This document shows positions 45,451 to 57,649 of a stretch of 64,000 nucleotides of DNA, one piece after another (position 1 is the first letter of the stretch; the number at the start of each line of letters is the position of its first letter). The notes under the pieces were generated by a model, which did no database searches, was not told the origin of the DNA, and worked only from the letters and a program-made list of their open reading frames with translations. Both the position numbers and the translations under genes were made by a program. Location of the stretch: positions 43,611,159 through 43,675,158 of the forward strand of contig NC_052158.1 of assembly GCF_902713615.1 (NCBI RefSeq). The letters run 5' to 3'. This DNA comes from Scyliorhinus canicula (taxonomy: Eukaryota).

Positions 45451-47788
45451 TCATGAATCAACCAGTTGGTTCACGACAGCCCAGCTGAGTTTTATCTTTC
45501 TCAACCATGCTCTATCAAACATGGCTGGGAAGTTTCCTTGGACAACTTGGCGAGGCACGTCCGCTTTCTGACTTAACTTCAAGTCACCATAATGCATTAC
45601 ATTCTTGGCATGACCTCTTCCATGGGGCAGCACGGTGGCGCGGTGGTTAGCACTGCTATTTCACAGTGGCGAGGTCCCAGGTTCGATCCGGCTCTGGGTC
45701 ACTGTCCGTGTGGAGTTTGCACATTCTCCGTGGGTTTCACCCCCACAACCCAAAGATGTGCAGGGTAGGTGGATTGGCCATGCTAAATTGCCCCTTAATT
45801 GGAAAAAATGAATTGTAAAGCAGAACAAGGCTAGCGGCGCGGGTTCAATTCCTGCACCAACCTACCCCGAACAGGCGTCAGAATGTGGCAACTAGGGGCT
45901 TTTCACAGTAACTTCATTGAAGCCTACTTGTGACAATAAGCGATTTTCAGTTTCATAAATTTAATAAAAAACTTGTACACTTGACTAGCAGACTTGGCTG
46001 TATTTTCCTTGATGCACTTCGTGCTGATGAAGGTTGATGTGACCAACATTCCTTGCAAATATGGCCCATTTTGGCACAACTTTTGCATTCATTCTTACTT
46101 CAATATTTTCCTGCTAAATGTCCCACTTGAGTACAACAATGACAAGGTAGATTTTTCGCAGAGTTACTTTCAGCAGCCTCCATCTTCTGAACTTCTGCAC
46201 AGACTCAAATCAATGAAGCCTCTTAGACTTAGATTTGTCAACTGTACAGAGATAGTTAAAAGCATTGTTCTGCTTACATCCAGGCAGATGTAAAACATAG
46301 GACATACGATGAATACACAATGTAAATATACAGACTGTAAATTCCATGGAAGTTGAGTTCCACAGCAGATTTGAGGGTTAGAACATTTTCAGTTAACAGT
46401 TTTTTTGGATGACTTCATTTCCGCATCCAAAGACCAATCTATTTCGAAGTGAATCATCAGGTGTTTGACAAAATTCACAGTACTTTGTTTATTTACCTAA
46501 TGTTGTTACGAATTGGAAAATGCTTTCTCCTTCCTCTTGGCCATGACGGTGCAAGCGGAATCTTTCAGCTATCAACAGTGGATGGGGAGAGAAATGCTCC
46601 AAGATTTTCATGAACACTTTGTCGGTTTTTTCTCCTGGTTTAGTTGGGTGGATCAGATTTTGAAACAACATTAAAGTCGCAACGTGCAGGTTTTCTGGTG
46701 TCTTATTTGTTTTCAGATACAACTGAAATCTTTCTTCGTAAGAATTGCATTTCCCCTCAAACGCGCCCTTGGCACCACTTTTCCCCGCCATTTTTCGGAT
46801 CCCAATTCTCCAGTCTGCACTTCTGCAGCTTTCAGCCTTTCCCCCTTCCGTTTCGTATAACTTACTGTTATGTATTCAAGTAATACAGTCTGCTGATGGA
46901 AAGTCGCGTGATCTGTAGTGATGTCAGCGGAGCGTTGTCCGGGCTTTGGGGAGTTCACCATCTTACCCTGTGGAAGCAACATCTCTAAATAAACCCTGCA
47001 CTCTGTTTTACGAACTTAGAGCGTGGCACCAATATCTCTTTTGCCCTTAGCGGCTAATAACCAAAATTGAACACTCACATATGAACTTCCAGATACCGTC
47101 AAGTTTAGTTGGATTACGCTGATAAAACCAACACAAACTAGCATAAACTCTCGGTTATGACCTGTGTACTTGTGGTTGCATATTTGTCGAGGAGCTTTAC
47201 TCAAGCAATATTTTTGTAACTTTATGTGACCAATTGAAGCAGTTTTATTTAAGATGGTACAGTGTGATCTGATTGACTTCAGTGCAGTCTTTCAGATGGG
47301 TTACAAAGGCCCTGTCTGCCCTCTTAGGTGAATGTAAAATATTCCAGGACCTCTTAAGAGCAAGGAAGCTATCCCTGATATCCTGGTCAATCTGGATTCT
47401 GCAATCAACACGACAAAAACAGATTATCTGGTCATTACCACATTGCTGTTTGTGGCATGTTGCTGTGCACTAATTGCCTGCCATGATTCCTACATTACAA
47501 CAGTGACTACACTTCAAAAAGTGTTTAATTGGCTGCAAAGTGCTTTCTGATGCCTTGTGTTTCTGAAAGTTGAAATATAAATACAAGTCTTTCTTTCTCA
47601 GGGAAACATTCTGCTTCCTGTGAACTGGAAATTCGAAATCCATTGATGGAGAAAGTATACCAACCACAGTGTCATTGACCAATATGTTCTGTTCAGGACT
47701 CTTCGTAGGCTCCTGACTGTTTTGTTTCACCGAGTAGGAACGCACCAGACTGACAAAAAAGCTAACTTGAGTGAAACGAAAATGTAAA

Positions 47789-47794
47789 TTTATT
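47789..47794 (-). terminator. Candidate poly(A) signal of ZNF-C
   Basis: AATAAA on the minus strand at the position homologous to 14359. Confidence 0.55.
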
Positions 47795-48539
47795 GTGAAA
47801 GACTGATAGACAGAAGACAAACATAAACAACACCACAATATTCAGCTTCCACCAAACTTTGAATCAACCAAAATAACAAATCATTTAAAAATGACTCAAG
47901 ATCTCAAAAATAACTTAAGATCTCGGAAATAACTCAGAATAGGATTTCTTCCCGCCTGAGTCCAAAGATGTTCAGGTTCAGTGGATTGGCCATGCTAAAT
48001 TGCTCCCTGGTGGCCAAAGATTAGGTAGGGTCGAGGGTTGCGGAGAGTGGGCCTAGATAGGGTGCTCTTTTGGAGGGTCAGTGCAGACTCAATTGGTCAA
48101 ATGGTCCCTCTGCACTGTATGGATTCTGTGATCATTCCCAGAACATGAAATGAATCTTCGAAGAGCGTAAGATGAACATATCACAGTTATTGCATCAAGG
48201 TATGATGGGCTGAGAGAACTCAGGTGCGTAGAGACTCTCCCCCCACTCCCTCACCATACTCAGGATAGTAGACCTCCCAGACAGGACAGTACAAACATTG
48301 CCCATGGTATTCATCACCTGAAGAAGATCTGTCTATAATTCACATCACCAACTAAAGCAGAATCTGGTTCTACCCCATACTCACTCATGAGAGCTGGCTC
48401 ACTTTACTAACACACACTCACATCTGGTGAATCTCTCCTCAGAATACTACAGACAGAAGTTTCTTTAAAATCCCTGTGCATTAGTCTAGCTCCCAATTCC
48501 GATGGTCAGAAATTCACCAAATTTTAGTGACACAGAATG

Positions 48540-48910
48540 TCACCAGGACCGGCACAACGGACATGATGCTGAAATATGTGACCTCCTGGAACAAAAACGA
48601 TCAGCCTTCATTGCGTGGCAGAACAACCCAAGGTCACAACTCAAGATGGCAGCATCTCAACAGCTCAAGACTTGATTCCCAAAGATAAATAGTGAAGATA
48701 AAGGTCATGTGGTGGGAAGAGAATTCCCAAAAGATCCAACAATAAGCTGATCATTATGACATGTGAAATTTTTTTGAATCACCAGGGCCGTCTATAGATT
48801 GAGGTCAAATGGACAAAATCTCCTTCGTTCACATGATGGTATTTCTCTTCTTAAGGATGACAATGCCATCTGTTAACGCTAGAAGGAACATTTTGAACAA
48901 CTCCTCAACC
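48540..48910 (+). mobile_element. RTE-clade LINE fragment in ZNF-C 3' UTR
   Basis: DAEICDLLEQKRSAFIAWQNNP..WWEE..KEHFEQLLN; a shorter homologous copy lies at ~59990-60130. Confidence 0.65.
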
Positions 48911-49019
48911 CAGAGCTGGGATCGAACCTGGGACCTCGGCGCCGTGAGGCAGCAGTGCTAACCACTGAGCTACCGTGCAGCCCCCAAATGGCTTCTCACT
49001 TATGTTAATATGTCGGTGT

Positions 49020-49368
49020 AAATGGATGGTTGGTGACTCAGAAAATGATTTGTCACGTCCCTCATATGTGAATGATTTCTCCATCTGCGAATGCGTTGGT
49101 GATTCAACAAGGCCAATGATGGTCCAAAGTCCTAGTCACACTTCTCGCACTTGAGCGGCTTCTCCCAGTGTGAATGTGTCGGTAATGGTATGAAGGTTTG
49201 GTCACACACCATACACTTGAAGTGCTTTCGTCCTTGGTGGATCAGAGGGTTGGAGAAAGCCATCTGACAAACCTCACACCCGAATGGCCTCTCGCCCTTG
49301 TAAATGTGTTAGTGTCCCAGGAGCATCAATAACAGAAGGTCTCACACACACACCTCACATTTCAAGGG
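49020..49368 (-). pseudogene. Decayed zinc fingers in ZNF-C 3' UTR
   Basis: PLKCEVC, GERPFGCEVC and HTGRSRSSARSV-type frameshifted remnants. Confidence 0.8.
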
Positions 49369-50763
49369 TTACTCCGTGTGGAGCCTCTGATGGAGTAGGA
49401 GGTAGGACGACCTCGTGAAGGATTTGTTGCAAACCTTGCATGTGAACAGCTTCTCCCCAGTGTGGATACGTTGATGGGCGCGGAAGTTCCATGACTCCGA
49501 GAATGACTGGTCGCACACCTGGCATGCAAATGGTTTCTGTCCAGTGTGTTTGTGTTGGTGTGTGCGGAGGGCTGATGCCCATCGGAATGATTTGTCACAT
49601 ATCTCACACATGAATGGTTTCTCCCCAGTGTGGATGCGTTGATGGACGCGGAGGGTCGATGAGTCCGAGAATGATTTGTCGCACATCTCACATGCGAAGG
49701 GCTTCTCTCCTGTGTGAGTCCTTTGGTGTCTCAGGAGGGCCGAAGACTTCACAAAAGCTTTGCCACAAAACTCGCACCTGAAGGGCTTCTCCCCCGTGTG
49801 AGTCCTCTGGTGTCTCATGAGATCGAGGGAATGGGTGAAAGCCATTTCACACACATCACACTTGAAGGGTCTCTCCCCTGTGTGAATCCTCTGGTGCACC
49901 AGGAGGTTGGAAGATGTCACAAAAGCTTTATCACAAACCTCACACTTGAAGGGTTTCTCCCCTGTGTGGATCCTCTGGTGAGTCTGGAGATCAGAGAAGC
50001 GGGAGAAAGCTGCCTGACACACCTCACACCTGAACGGTCTTTCCCCCGTGTGAATCCTGTGGTGTATCAGAAGGGTCGAAGACTTCACAAAAGCTTTATC
50101 ACAGACTTCACACTTGAATGCTTTCTCCAGTGTGTGAGTGCGTTGGTGGCTGCGGAGTGTTGATGAATCCAAAAATACTTTGATGCACACCTCGCATGTA
50201 AATGGTTTCTCCCTGGTGTGAAGGAGTTTATGCGTGCGGAGGTTCGATGATTGCGAGAATGATTTATCACACACCTTGCATATGAATGGCTTCACGCCTG
50301 TGTGAATGCGTCGGTGCACACAGAGGTTCGACGAGTTCGAGAACGATTTGTCACACACCTCGCACGTGAATGCTTTCTCCCCTCTGTGGATGCGTTGATG
50401 GACGCGGAGGGACGATGAATGCATGAATGATTTGTCGCACACCTCACAACTGAACGGTTTCTCCCCTGTGTGAATGCGTTGATGTGCGAGAAGGGATGTT
50501 GACTGCAAGAATGATTTGTTGCATACCGTGCATGTGAATGGTTTCTCCCCTGTGTGAATGCGTTGATGCATGCGGAGGTTCGATGACTTTGTGAAGGATT
50601 TGTCGCACACCGCACATTTGAATGGCTTCTCCCCAGTGCGAATGTGTCGATGATTCATGAGCATCAATGACTGTGAAAATTTGGTCACGCCCCAAACTGT
50701 AACAGTTTCTCTTCCATGTGGCTGTTCTTGTGTTAACAGTTGTACAACAGGTGCACCTTGCAT
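49369..50763 (-). CDS. ZNF-C: C2H2 zinc-finger protein, 464 aa, 15 intact fingers
   Basis: Open ORF from ATG 50763 (AAACATGC); terminal exon acceptor at 51195. Confidence 0.9.
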   Translation of the reverse strand: MQGAPVVQLLTQEQPHGRETVTVWGVTKFSQSLMLMNHRHIRTGEKPFKCAVCDKSFTKSSNLRMHQRIHTGEKPFTCTVCNKSFLQSTSLLAHQRIHTGEKPFSCEVCDKSFMHSSSLRVHQRIHRGEKAFTCEVCDKSFSNSSNLCVHRRIHTGVKPFICKVCDKSFSQSSNLRTHKLLHTREKPFTCEVCIKVFLDSSTLRSHQRTHTLEKAFKCEVCDKAFVKSSTLLIHHRIHTGERPFRCEVCQAAFSRFSDLQTHQRIHTGEKPFKCEVCDKAFVTSSNLLVHQRIHTGERPFKCDVCEMAFTHSLDLMRHQRTHTGEKPFRCEFCGKAFVKSSALLRHQRTHTGEKPFACEMCDKSFSDSSTLRVHQRIHTGEKPFMCEICDKSFRWASALRTHQHKHTGQKPFACQVCDQSFSESWNFRAHQRIHTGEKLFTCKVCNKSFTRSSYLLLHQRLHTE

Positions 50764-51299
50764 GTTTGGAGATTCTATGGGCCTATAATGTCCTCTTCAT
50801 ACACCTCACACTTGAACAGCCTCTCACCTGCAGGAATGAGTCAGTGGTTCATGAAGCTCGATGAATGATTGAAGCTCTCACCACACCACTCTCCACTCAT
50901 TTCTTCCCAGCCTCACCCTGATTGATCACTCACAGCCAAACCTTCAGAAAGATTGGTTCTGATGGAAGGTTCCACATCACTGACCGGTTTCAGATCTGAT
51001 GATATGTCAAAGCTTCCCTGACCCGACTGATTTCCAGATGATGGTTTCACTGCCCAACCTTCTCTGTGTTGAGCAATGCTGAGAAGGGACTGGATGTCTT
51101 CCCACAGTTGTGCAGGTGTTCGATGGGTGATGATCAGGATCTCTCTGTGGTGTCTATCCTCTCTGTATTCTCTGGTGTAGTACGATGCAATCCTTCTGTA
51201 AAACAGAAAAGGGAAACATGATTTCCCTCTCTTCCTTTGCTGAAGGTAACACTTTAAATCCAAGTTCCAGCTTTTGGAAAAAGCCGAGGCTGTCTTAAG

Positions 51300-51440
51300 C
51301 ATCAGCTTTGACAAAGGGTCATCTGGACTCGAAACATTAGCTCTTTTCTCTCCCTACACATGCTGCCAGACCTGCTGAGATTTTTCAGCATTTTCTCTTT
51401 GGTTTCAGCTACCAGCATCCACAGTAATTTACTTTTATCC
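51300..51440 (+). mobile_element. Penelope-like terminal fragment in ZNF-C intron
   Basis: TTTGACAAAGGGTCATCTGGACTCGAAACATTAGC..GCTGCCAGACCTGCTGAG. Confidence 0.55.
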
Positions 51441-51722
51441 AGTAAATCCTCCTGTTCCTTTCTCTCCTCATGAGCTTGTCTAGTTTCCCCTTTAAGGCAT
51501 TTATGTTATTCACCTCAAACACTCCATGTTGTGAAACTGACTTTAATACATTTGCAACATTGTTGTATAGAAACAAAATAAAAACCGTTATATCTCTACA
51601 AGCATTACACTATCCAGCGACGGTACATCACAAGAATATTCCTCGACACTGGATATTCATTTTTGAACATTAGTGTGGATATTGTGCAATGTAATGATTG
51701 TAAATTCTGCTCCTTCACTCAC

Positions 51723-51765
51723 CATCTCCTGACTTGGTTTTGAGTCCCTACAGGAAGTGAAGCAG
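51723..51765 (-). other. 43-nt 5' mini-exon of ZNF-C (cassette 51665-52150)
   Basis: Identical to the A and B mini-exons; 527-bp intron to the finger exon. Confidence 0.75.
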
Positions 51766-53482
51766 CTGTGGTAGAGGAAGAGGAGAGAATGGGCAGAGTG
51801 GGTGGGCTCTCTGATTGACGTCTCTCACAGACAATCCAAATATTTCTGCAGTAACAGGAGTTTCCTGAAGTTTGGGAAACTGACCAAGGAAACGGAGGAG
51901 ACTTTGAGCAGCAGATCAGGTGGGGATTTAAACTTGTCATTGTCCCATCTGAATAAAACCTCACTTATTGCAGCTGCTGTCTCAGTTCCCTGGTAAACTT
52001 TGACAGAGATTTCTAGTGTGGGAACAGCATTCTTCATCCTCGGAGGCTTTCAAACTGATAATATCACTGTGGGATGTGCTTGACAGCAGATCAGAAGAGG
52101 GAGACCCACAGCATTCAAGGCAGTGATGATGTACATGGTGTGATCAGCACAGGGGAGGGACACAGAAGAGAGTTGACCCAATGATCAGGCATTGTCTCTC
52201 TTCCTTGGAGAGTGACTTGGTGACTCAGTGAGTGTGCTGGGGCTCATTGTGTGAGTAGATGCCCCAGGATTTGATATCTTACAGCCCTGCCGTGATCAGG
52301 GGCCGCCTGCTGTGGAGGTTCAGCTCTAATTTCTGAAACTCAATCAGCCATTCCCACTATTCTCCTGGGATGTCTTGAACTGTTCACTTCTCCAGGGTTG
52401 CCTGAACGTCCAAAAAACCCGAGTGTAATGAAGAGCCTTTCAACTGACATCAGTGTGGGATATGTAGCCCAGTGTGGGATTAACATATGCACAGTAGAGA
52501 GAGAGTATTTTACTCTGCTCTCCTCTTTTCCTCTGCCTATTATCTCTCCTTCCTCTCCCACCCATCTCTCTTCGCTCTCTTTGATCCTCTTCCCTACTTC
52601 TCTTTCCTCTTAAATCCACTCTATCTCCTTCTCTTTCCTCCTATCTCTCCTCCCCCATCTCTCTCCTAACTCATCCTTCAGCAATCGGCAGAAACTCATC
52701 ACTCTCATTATTCCCATCTGGGCCGTGGTTATTTCCGTGGTTGGTAGCAGCTTCCTGAATGATGTTTAACAAACCAGTGATAAAGATCACAAACGTTCAA
52801 TTTACACTCAATGACATTTAAAGTTCCTGATCTGGTCAACTTCAGCCAGATTAGGTTGATAAAGCCGACAGAAGACAGTGTAACCTCTCGAACACAAGCT
52901 GTGTATTTGTGATTGTTGCATATTTGGCAAACTGAAGCAAACTTTTTTAAAATAGCCTATGACCAATGTTTTATTTAAGGTGGTACATTGTGATCTGATT
53001 GACTTCATGACCAGTGCAGTTTGTGTTAATCCTACAGGATAATTTCTTCACTCATTTTATAACATGTTTGTGTTTCAATAAATGGTAGGCGGGGTTTGTA
53101 CAGGGAGTCCAGATTCTGAGGAATTATTTGTGTGGCCCTGACAACAACTTTAATCCATGATCATGGAATAATCCATCTGGAGTCGGTGTGAACCCCCAAC
53201 CTTGTTCTGTGAGTCAGAGGGTTGTGGGTTCAAGTCCCACTCCAGGACTTGAGCACAAGAAATCCTGGCTGACACTCCAGTGCAGTACTGAGGGGTGGAA
53301 GAAATTCCAGAGATAGGGAGGGGAGAGGCCAAGGTGGGATTTGCAAACAAGGTAAGAAACCTCACTAAAACAAACATTGAGCTTTCCTGGGAAGAGTGGG
53401 TTTATTCCTCAAGTTTTATTCCTGGCAGTCCGTTAGAACTGTCCCCAAATACAACTTTCATGAATAAATGAAAGCAGAATGG

Positions 53483-54063
53483 TTTTTTAAAAAAATATTT
53501 TTTATTGAAAAATTTTGTATTTATACAACAACAACGAACCGTAATAAAATACCAACAATAACAATAATGATAGCAATCATAAACATTCGCCCATCCTCAA
53601 TGAACAACAAAACATATTAACAACAACTTAAATTAACACAATGTTAAGATACATCGATACATAGAATTTACAGTGCCGAAGGAGGCCATCCGGCCCATCG
53701 AGTCTGCACCGGCTCTTGGAAAGAGCATCCTACCCAAGGTCAACACCTCCACCCTATCCCCATAACCCAGTAACCCCACCCAACACGAAGGACAATTTTG
53801 GACACTAAGGGCAATTTAGCATGGCCAGTCCATCTAACCTGCACAACTTTGGACTGTGGGAGGAAACCGGAGTACCCGGAGGAAACCCACGCACACACGG
53901 GGAGGATGTACAGACTCCGCACAGACAGTGACCCAAGCAGGAATCGAACCTGGGACCCTGGAGCTGTGAAGCGATTGTGCTAGCCACAATGCTACCGTGC
54001 TGCCCAAAGTTACATAACCACAGAAAAAAATAGAAACAATAAGAAGGAACCCCCCCCCCCCCA
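53483..54063 (-). mobile_element. L1 3'-UTR-only insertion with 12-bp TSD, containing a nested HE1 SINE (53660-54005, -)
   Basis: TSD AAAGCAGAATGG at 53471-53482 and 54064-54075; sequence homologous to 36268-36490. Confidence 0.8.
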
Positions 54064-54535
54064 AAAGCAGAATGGCTAATCAGCAGCACTGAGTGAAGAC
54101 AATCCCTTAAGTCTATTTCAGCTGACATCAGAGACTTTACCATCTTTCATGGCTTCAGGAACTCAGCCACAAAGACAACACCTGCAGCTCCAACTAGTTA
54201 CCACTTTAAATCAAGTCAAACTTTCAAGCTGCCAGTTTACAGCGGGAAAACATTCTGTACACACCCTTGGGACTTAACCCCTTAGAAACTGAATCTAATC
54301 CATCAGAAATATTCTCCGGCCTCGTTACGCTCTCGCTCGAGCGAAACGAGGCCGGTGAATAGCGGGAGAGGCCAAAAATGAGAACCGCGGCAGGAGCTAA
54401 AACAGTTTGCAATGCAACAGGTCCGCTCCCGTAGGCAAAATTGGGATCTTGCCATAGCGTGACGAGAAACCAATTATCACCACTTAAGCCCTATTCCCAT
54501 ATATTTAACAGGAGCCACACCATATCGGGTGCATA

Positions 54536-54870
54536 GGGGCAGCACGGTAGCATAGTGGTTAGCATCAATGCTTCACAGCTCCAGGGTCCCAGGTTCGGTT
54601 CCCGGCTGGGTCACTGTCTGTGCGGAGTCTGCACGTCCTCCCCGTGTGTGCGTGGGTTTCCTCCGGGTGCTCCGGTTTCCTCCCACAGTCCAAAGATGTG
54701 CGGGTTAGGTGGATTGGCCATGCTAAATTGCCCGTAGTGTCCTAAAAAGTAAGGTTAAGGGGGAGTTGTTGGGCTATGGGTATAGGGTGGATACGTGAGT
54801 TTGAGTAGGGTGATCATTGCTCGGCACAACATCGAGGGCCGAAGGGCCTGTTCTGTGCTGTACTGTTCTA
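54536..54870 (+). mobile_element. Young HE1-type SINE nested in the Harbinger
   Basis: Full length with A-tail; ATATC on both sides. Confidence 0.92.
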
Positions 54871-55972
54871 AAAAAAAAAAATATCCAACGACCTCCCATC
54901 ATTCTTCAGCCTCCTCAGCGAGTGGTCACGCTGGCACTCATTAGTACTCCTTTTTAAAAACATGAACCTGGTGAAGGACCTCTGTGGGGAGCCGAGAAGG
55001 TGAGTAGCCATCTTTGCTCACAGTCAAAGAGCCCAAAGGGGCTGGAATTGCCGCCCCAGTGCTCAGCAGAGTTGGAAGACCCTCGGCTGGGAGTGGGAGA
55101 ACCTCTGCAGGGGTGGGATGTCAAGGGAGGATGGGGGGAGAACCACGCTCGGCACCACCATGCCAGCCCCTGAATTGTGTGTACCTGTTCTGGGGGCAAC
55201 CCTTGTCCCTGCCCCATCGACCACCCATAACCCCCACCGGCTGCCGACACCTCTGGCCATGAGGCTGAAGGTTATCGCAAATAGGGAATTGGCAATCGTG
55301 GTTAAGTGAGCACTTTACAAACCCAAGTGGATTCCCGTGAGCAGGCAGCCATGTAGCACGTGGGAGTCGTTACCTAGCATCCGAATCACACCGTGATGGA
55401 TGGACACTGTGCCTGAACACTGCAACACCACACATGCAGCAGCCAACATCCGAACACCCAAGGGATGGGACTGAGCACCGGGGACATGTCCATGGCTGGA
55501 GGGTAGGGGAGTGTCACAGGAAGGGGTGGGATGCCTGGAGAGATGGGCCAAGGCTTAGGAGGTCGGTCCGCATTGTGGAAGAAAGTGACAGAGGCATCAT
55601 GATGGTTCTGCACAATGGTGAGTATTGTGTGTAACAATTCCCCACTTTCCTGATGGTGCCGCTCCCCCTCCACCCCACCCCCTTCCCCGATGCCCTCTGT
55701 GATCCTTGATGTGCTTTGCATTCCTAGCTCTACGTCTAGGTGTGTCCCCATGTCCTGTGGCCCTCGATGCCCCGGCAGGCATCCTCTGGGGCCAGAGGAC
55801 CCAGCTCACTTGTCAGCGGCATCCGCACAGCCGTGCTGCCCTGTTCTGGCACGGGCCTCATCAGAGGAGTGGAACTCAGGGAAGCTGGTGGTCACCATCG
55901 CCACTCCATGGAACGGTCAGGTTGGCACTCAGCGCTCCCTGCTCCTGCTCGGTGCCCACAGGGCCCTGAGGT

Positions 55973-57649
55973 TTACCGTGGGATGGCGGGGCAGCTGGTT
56001 CGAGCCCCGCCAGCCCTGTCGGTTCCCCGATGTCTGCACCAAGGTGTCGACACTCTTCTCAGTGATTGGACCGTGCTCTGCAGTACCTTGGCAATGTCCA
56101 CCTGCAACTGTAACAAGCCCCGCAGTGACTCGGCATTGACCATCTGAGAGAGGGACATGTCCCGCAGAATCTCATCAAGGTCAGTCTGGTACTGGGTCGC
56201 ATCCCCCAGCGAGACAGACATTCTGTCGAGACCCTCAGCCTTGACAGTCACCTGCATCAGACTCTCCATTGCCACCATAGCATTGTTGGCCTCGACGTCA
56301 CGCATTGCTGACGACATCTCCTGCACCCTCTGAGACTCCTCCAATCATAGAATCATAGAATTTAGAGTGCAGGAGGAGGCCATTCGGCCCATCGAGTCTG
56401 CACCGGCTCTTGAAAAGAGCACCTTAATTAAGCCCACGCCTCCACCACATCCCCGTAGCCCACGCAGACACAGAGAGAATGTGAAAACTCAGTCACCCGA
56501 GGCTGGAATTGAACCTGGGACCCTTGGAGCTGTGAGGCAGCAGTGCTAATCACTGTGCCACATGGATCGGCTGGAGTGTTGCTGACATCTCCCCCTGAAT
56601 GTCCTGACCGCTCCCTATCATCTCCATCAGCTCGGGGAATACCTCTTCCGCAGGCTCAGCATCAAACTGGGACCCAGCTGGGTCCTGGGATCCAACAGGC
56701 CTTCGACTGCTGTCTCGCCTGGTGGTTTCTGCCACCACCTGATGTTTAAGCAGCTGTGTGGTGCTCACCAGATTGTGCCCCAGATACCTGCCCACTAACA
56801 TTTCCCACCGAGGTGGTGTATCTGCGCTGATGGGGGGTGGGGATGATAGCTGTGATGCCTTGATTCTGTCTTCGGAGCTTTCTGAACGTTCTCCTTCAGA
56901 GGGGGCGACCCAGGATGGGCCGGGGCTGTTGGCTGGAGGGCCTGTGAGAGAATGGACATGTGGACAGTGGGAGGGACGGGTCAGTCAGGAAGGCAATAAC
57001 AACTCACGTTTGACAGGTCCTCAGGTGGAGCCCGCTGGTTCTTCACCTCTGTGGTGTACACTAGACTCCGTTCTGCCCTGGCCACCCGTCACCTCCAGGG
57101 CCCTCTCCGCGCAGGAGGTGAGGATTCTTACGTTCGGCACCTGACCGTCAGTGTGGGCCCTCTCCCGATTGCTGTGGGAAAGCTTTTCCTGAAGAGACAC
57201 AGAGAGATCATCGTTAGCCACACGAGTGGTTCACAGTGATGTGAGGGGGAGTGTGAAGGAAGGGTTGGGGGGGGGGGGGTGGTTTGACAGGAGAGGTGGG
57301 TGGAGGGAGAGTTGGTGATTACACGGAGAGTTCGGGGGGTGGGGGGGGGGGTGTGGAATGCCCGCATCGGTGCGGATAGGTCTCAGCAGCCCCGGGGGGG
57401 GGCGAGGAGTTGGCGTCGACTTACTCGTGCTGCCCTGTTGACCTTCTTCCTGCACTGGAGGCAAGTCCTCCTGGTCACACACCCGGCTCTCACGGCAACC
57501 GCCACCTCATCCCAGGTAGCATTGGCTGCCCTGTGGCTGACCATTCGGGCCCCACGGGGGAACAGGACATCTCTTCTGGCCTCCATTGCATCTAGGAGCC
57601 TCCCCTGATCTGCATCCCCGAATCTTGGGTGTGGTCTCCTCTGGGCCAT
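55973..57649 (-). pseudogene. Harbinger Myb/SANT-like gene (exon 1 57649-57425, exon 2 from 57188, coiled-coil tail 56344-55973), disrupted by a SINE at 56346-56560
   Basis: MAQRRPHPRFGDADQGRLLDAMEARRDVLFP..WDEVAVAV..RRTCLQCRKKVN; GTAAGT donor and CTTCAG acceptor join in phase 0 to EKLSHSNRERAHTDG. Confidence 0.7.

Larger units (their letters stand above)
42640..47035 (-). mobile_element. Fragmented Gypsy element (PBS-like, gag, protease, RT) with nested CR1 and SINE insertions
   Basis: TGGTGCCACG at ~47030; gag YEERFQLYLKTNK..HFSPHPLLIAERFR (46489-46791) and knuckles at ~46000-46150; protease C-terminus VVQGNFPAMFDRAWLRKIKLSW (45451-45620); RT VRICGDFKT (43370-43500) and FCYRRHPFGI..YLDD (42660-42830). 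Confidence 0.8.

Noticed and set aside
47035-47220. 5' LTR of the fragmented minus-strand Gypsy
   Set aside because: 47100-47290 aligns with the ZNF-C upstream block at 52830-53020, so most of it is host duplication unit rather than LTR.
51825-52037. Recurring ORF (GTETAAAISEVLFRWDNDKFKSPPDLLLKV) upstream of the mini-exons as a novel N-terminal effector domain
   Set aside because: The four copies differ by frame-breaking indels, the frame stops before the mini-exon, and all frames close soon after the terminal-exon acceptor. Recurrence is explained by duplication.
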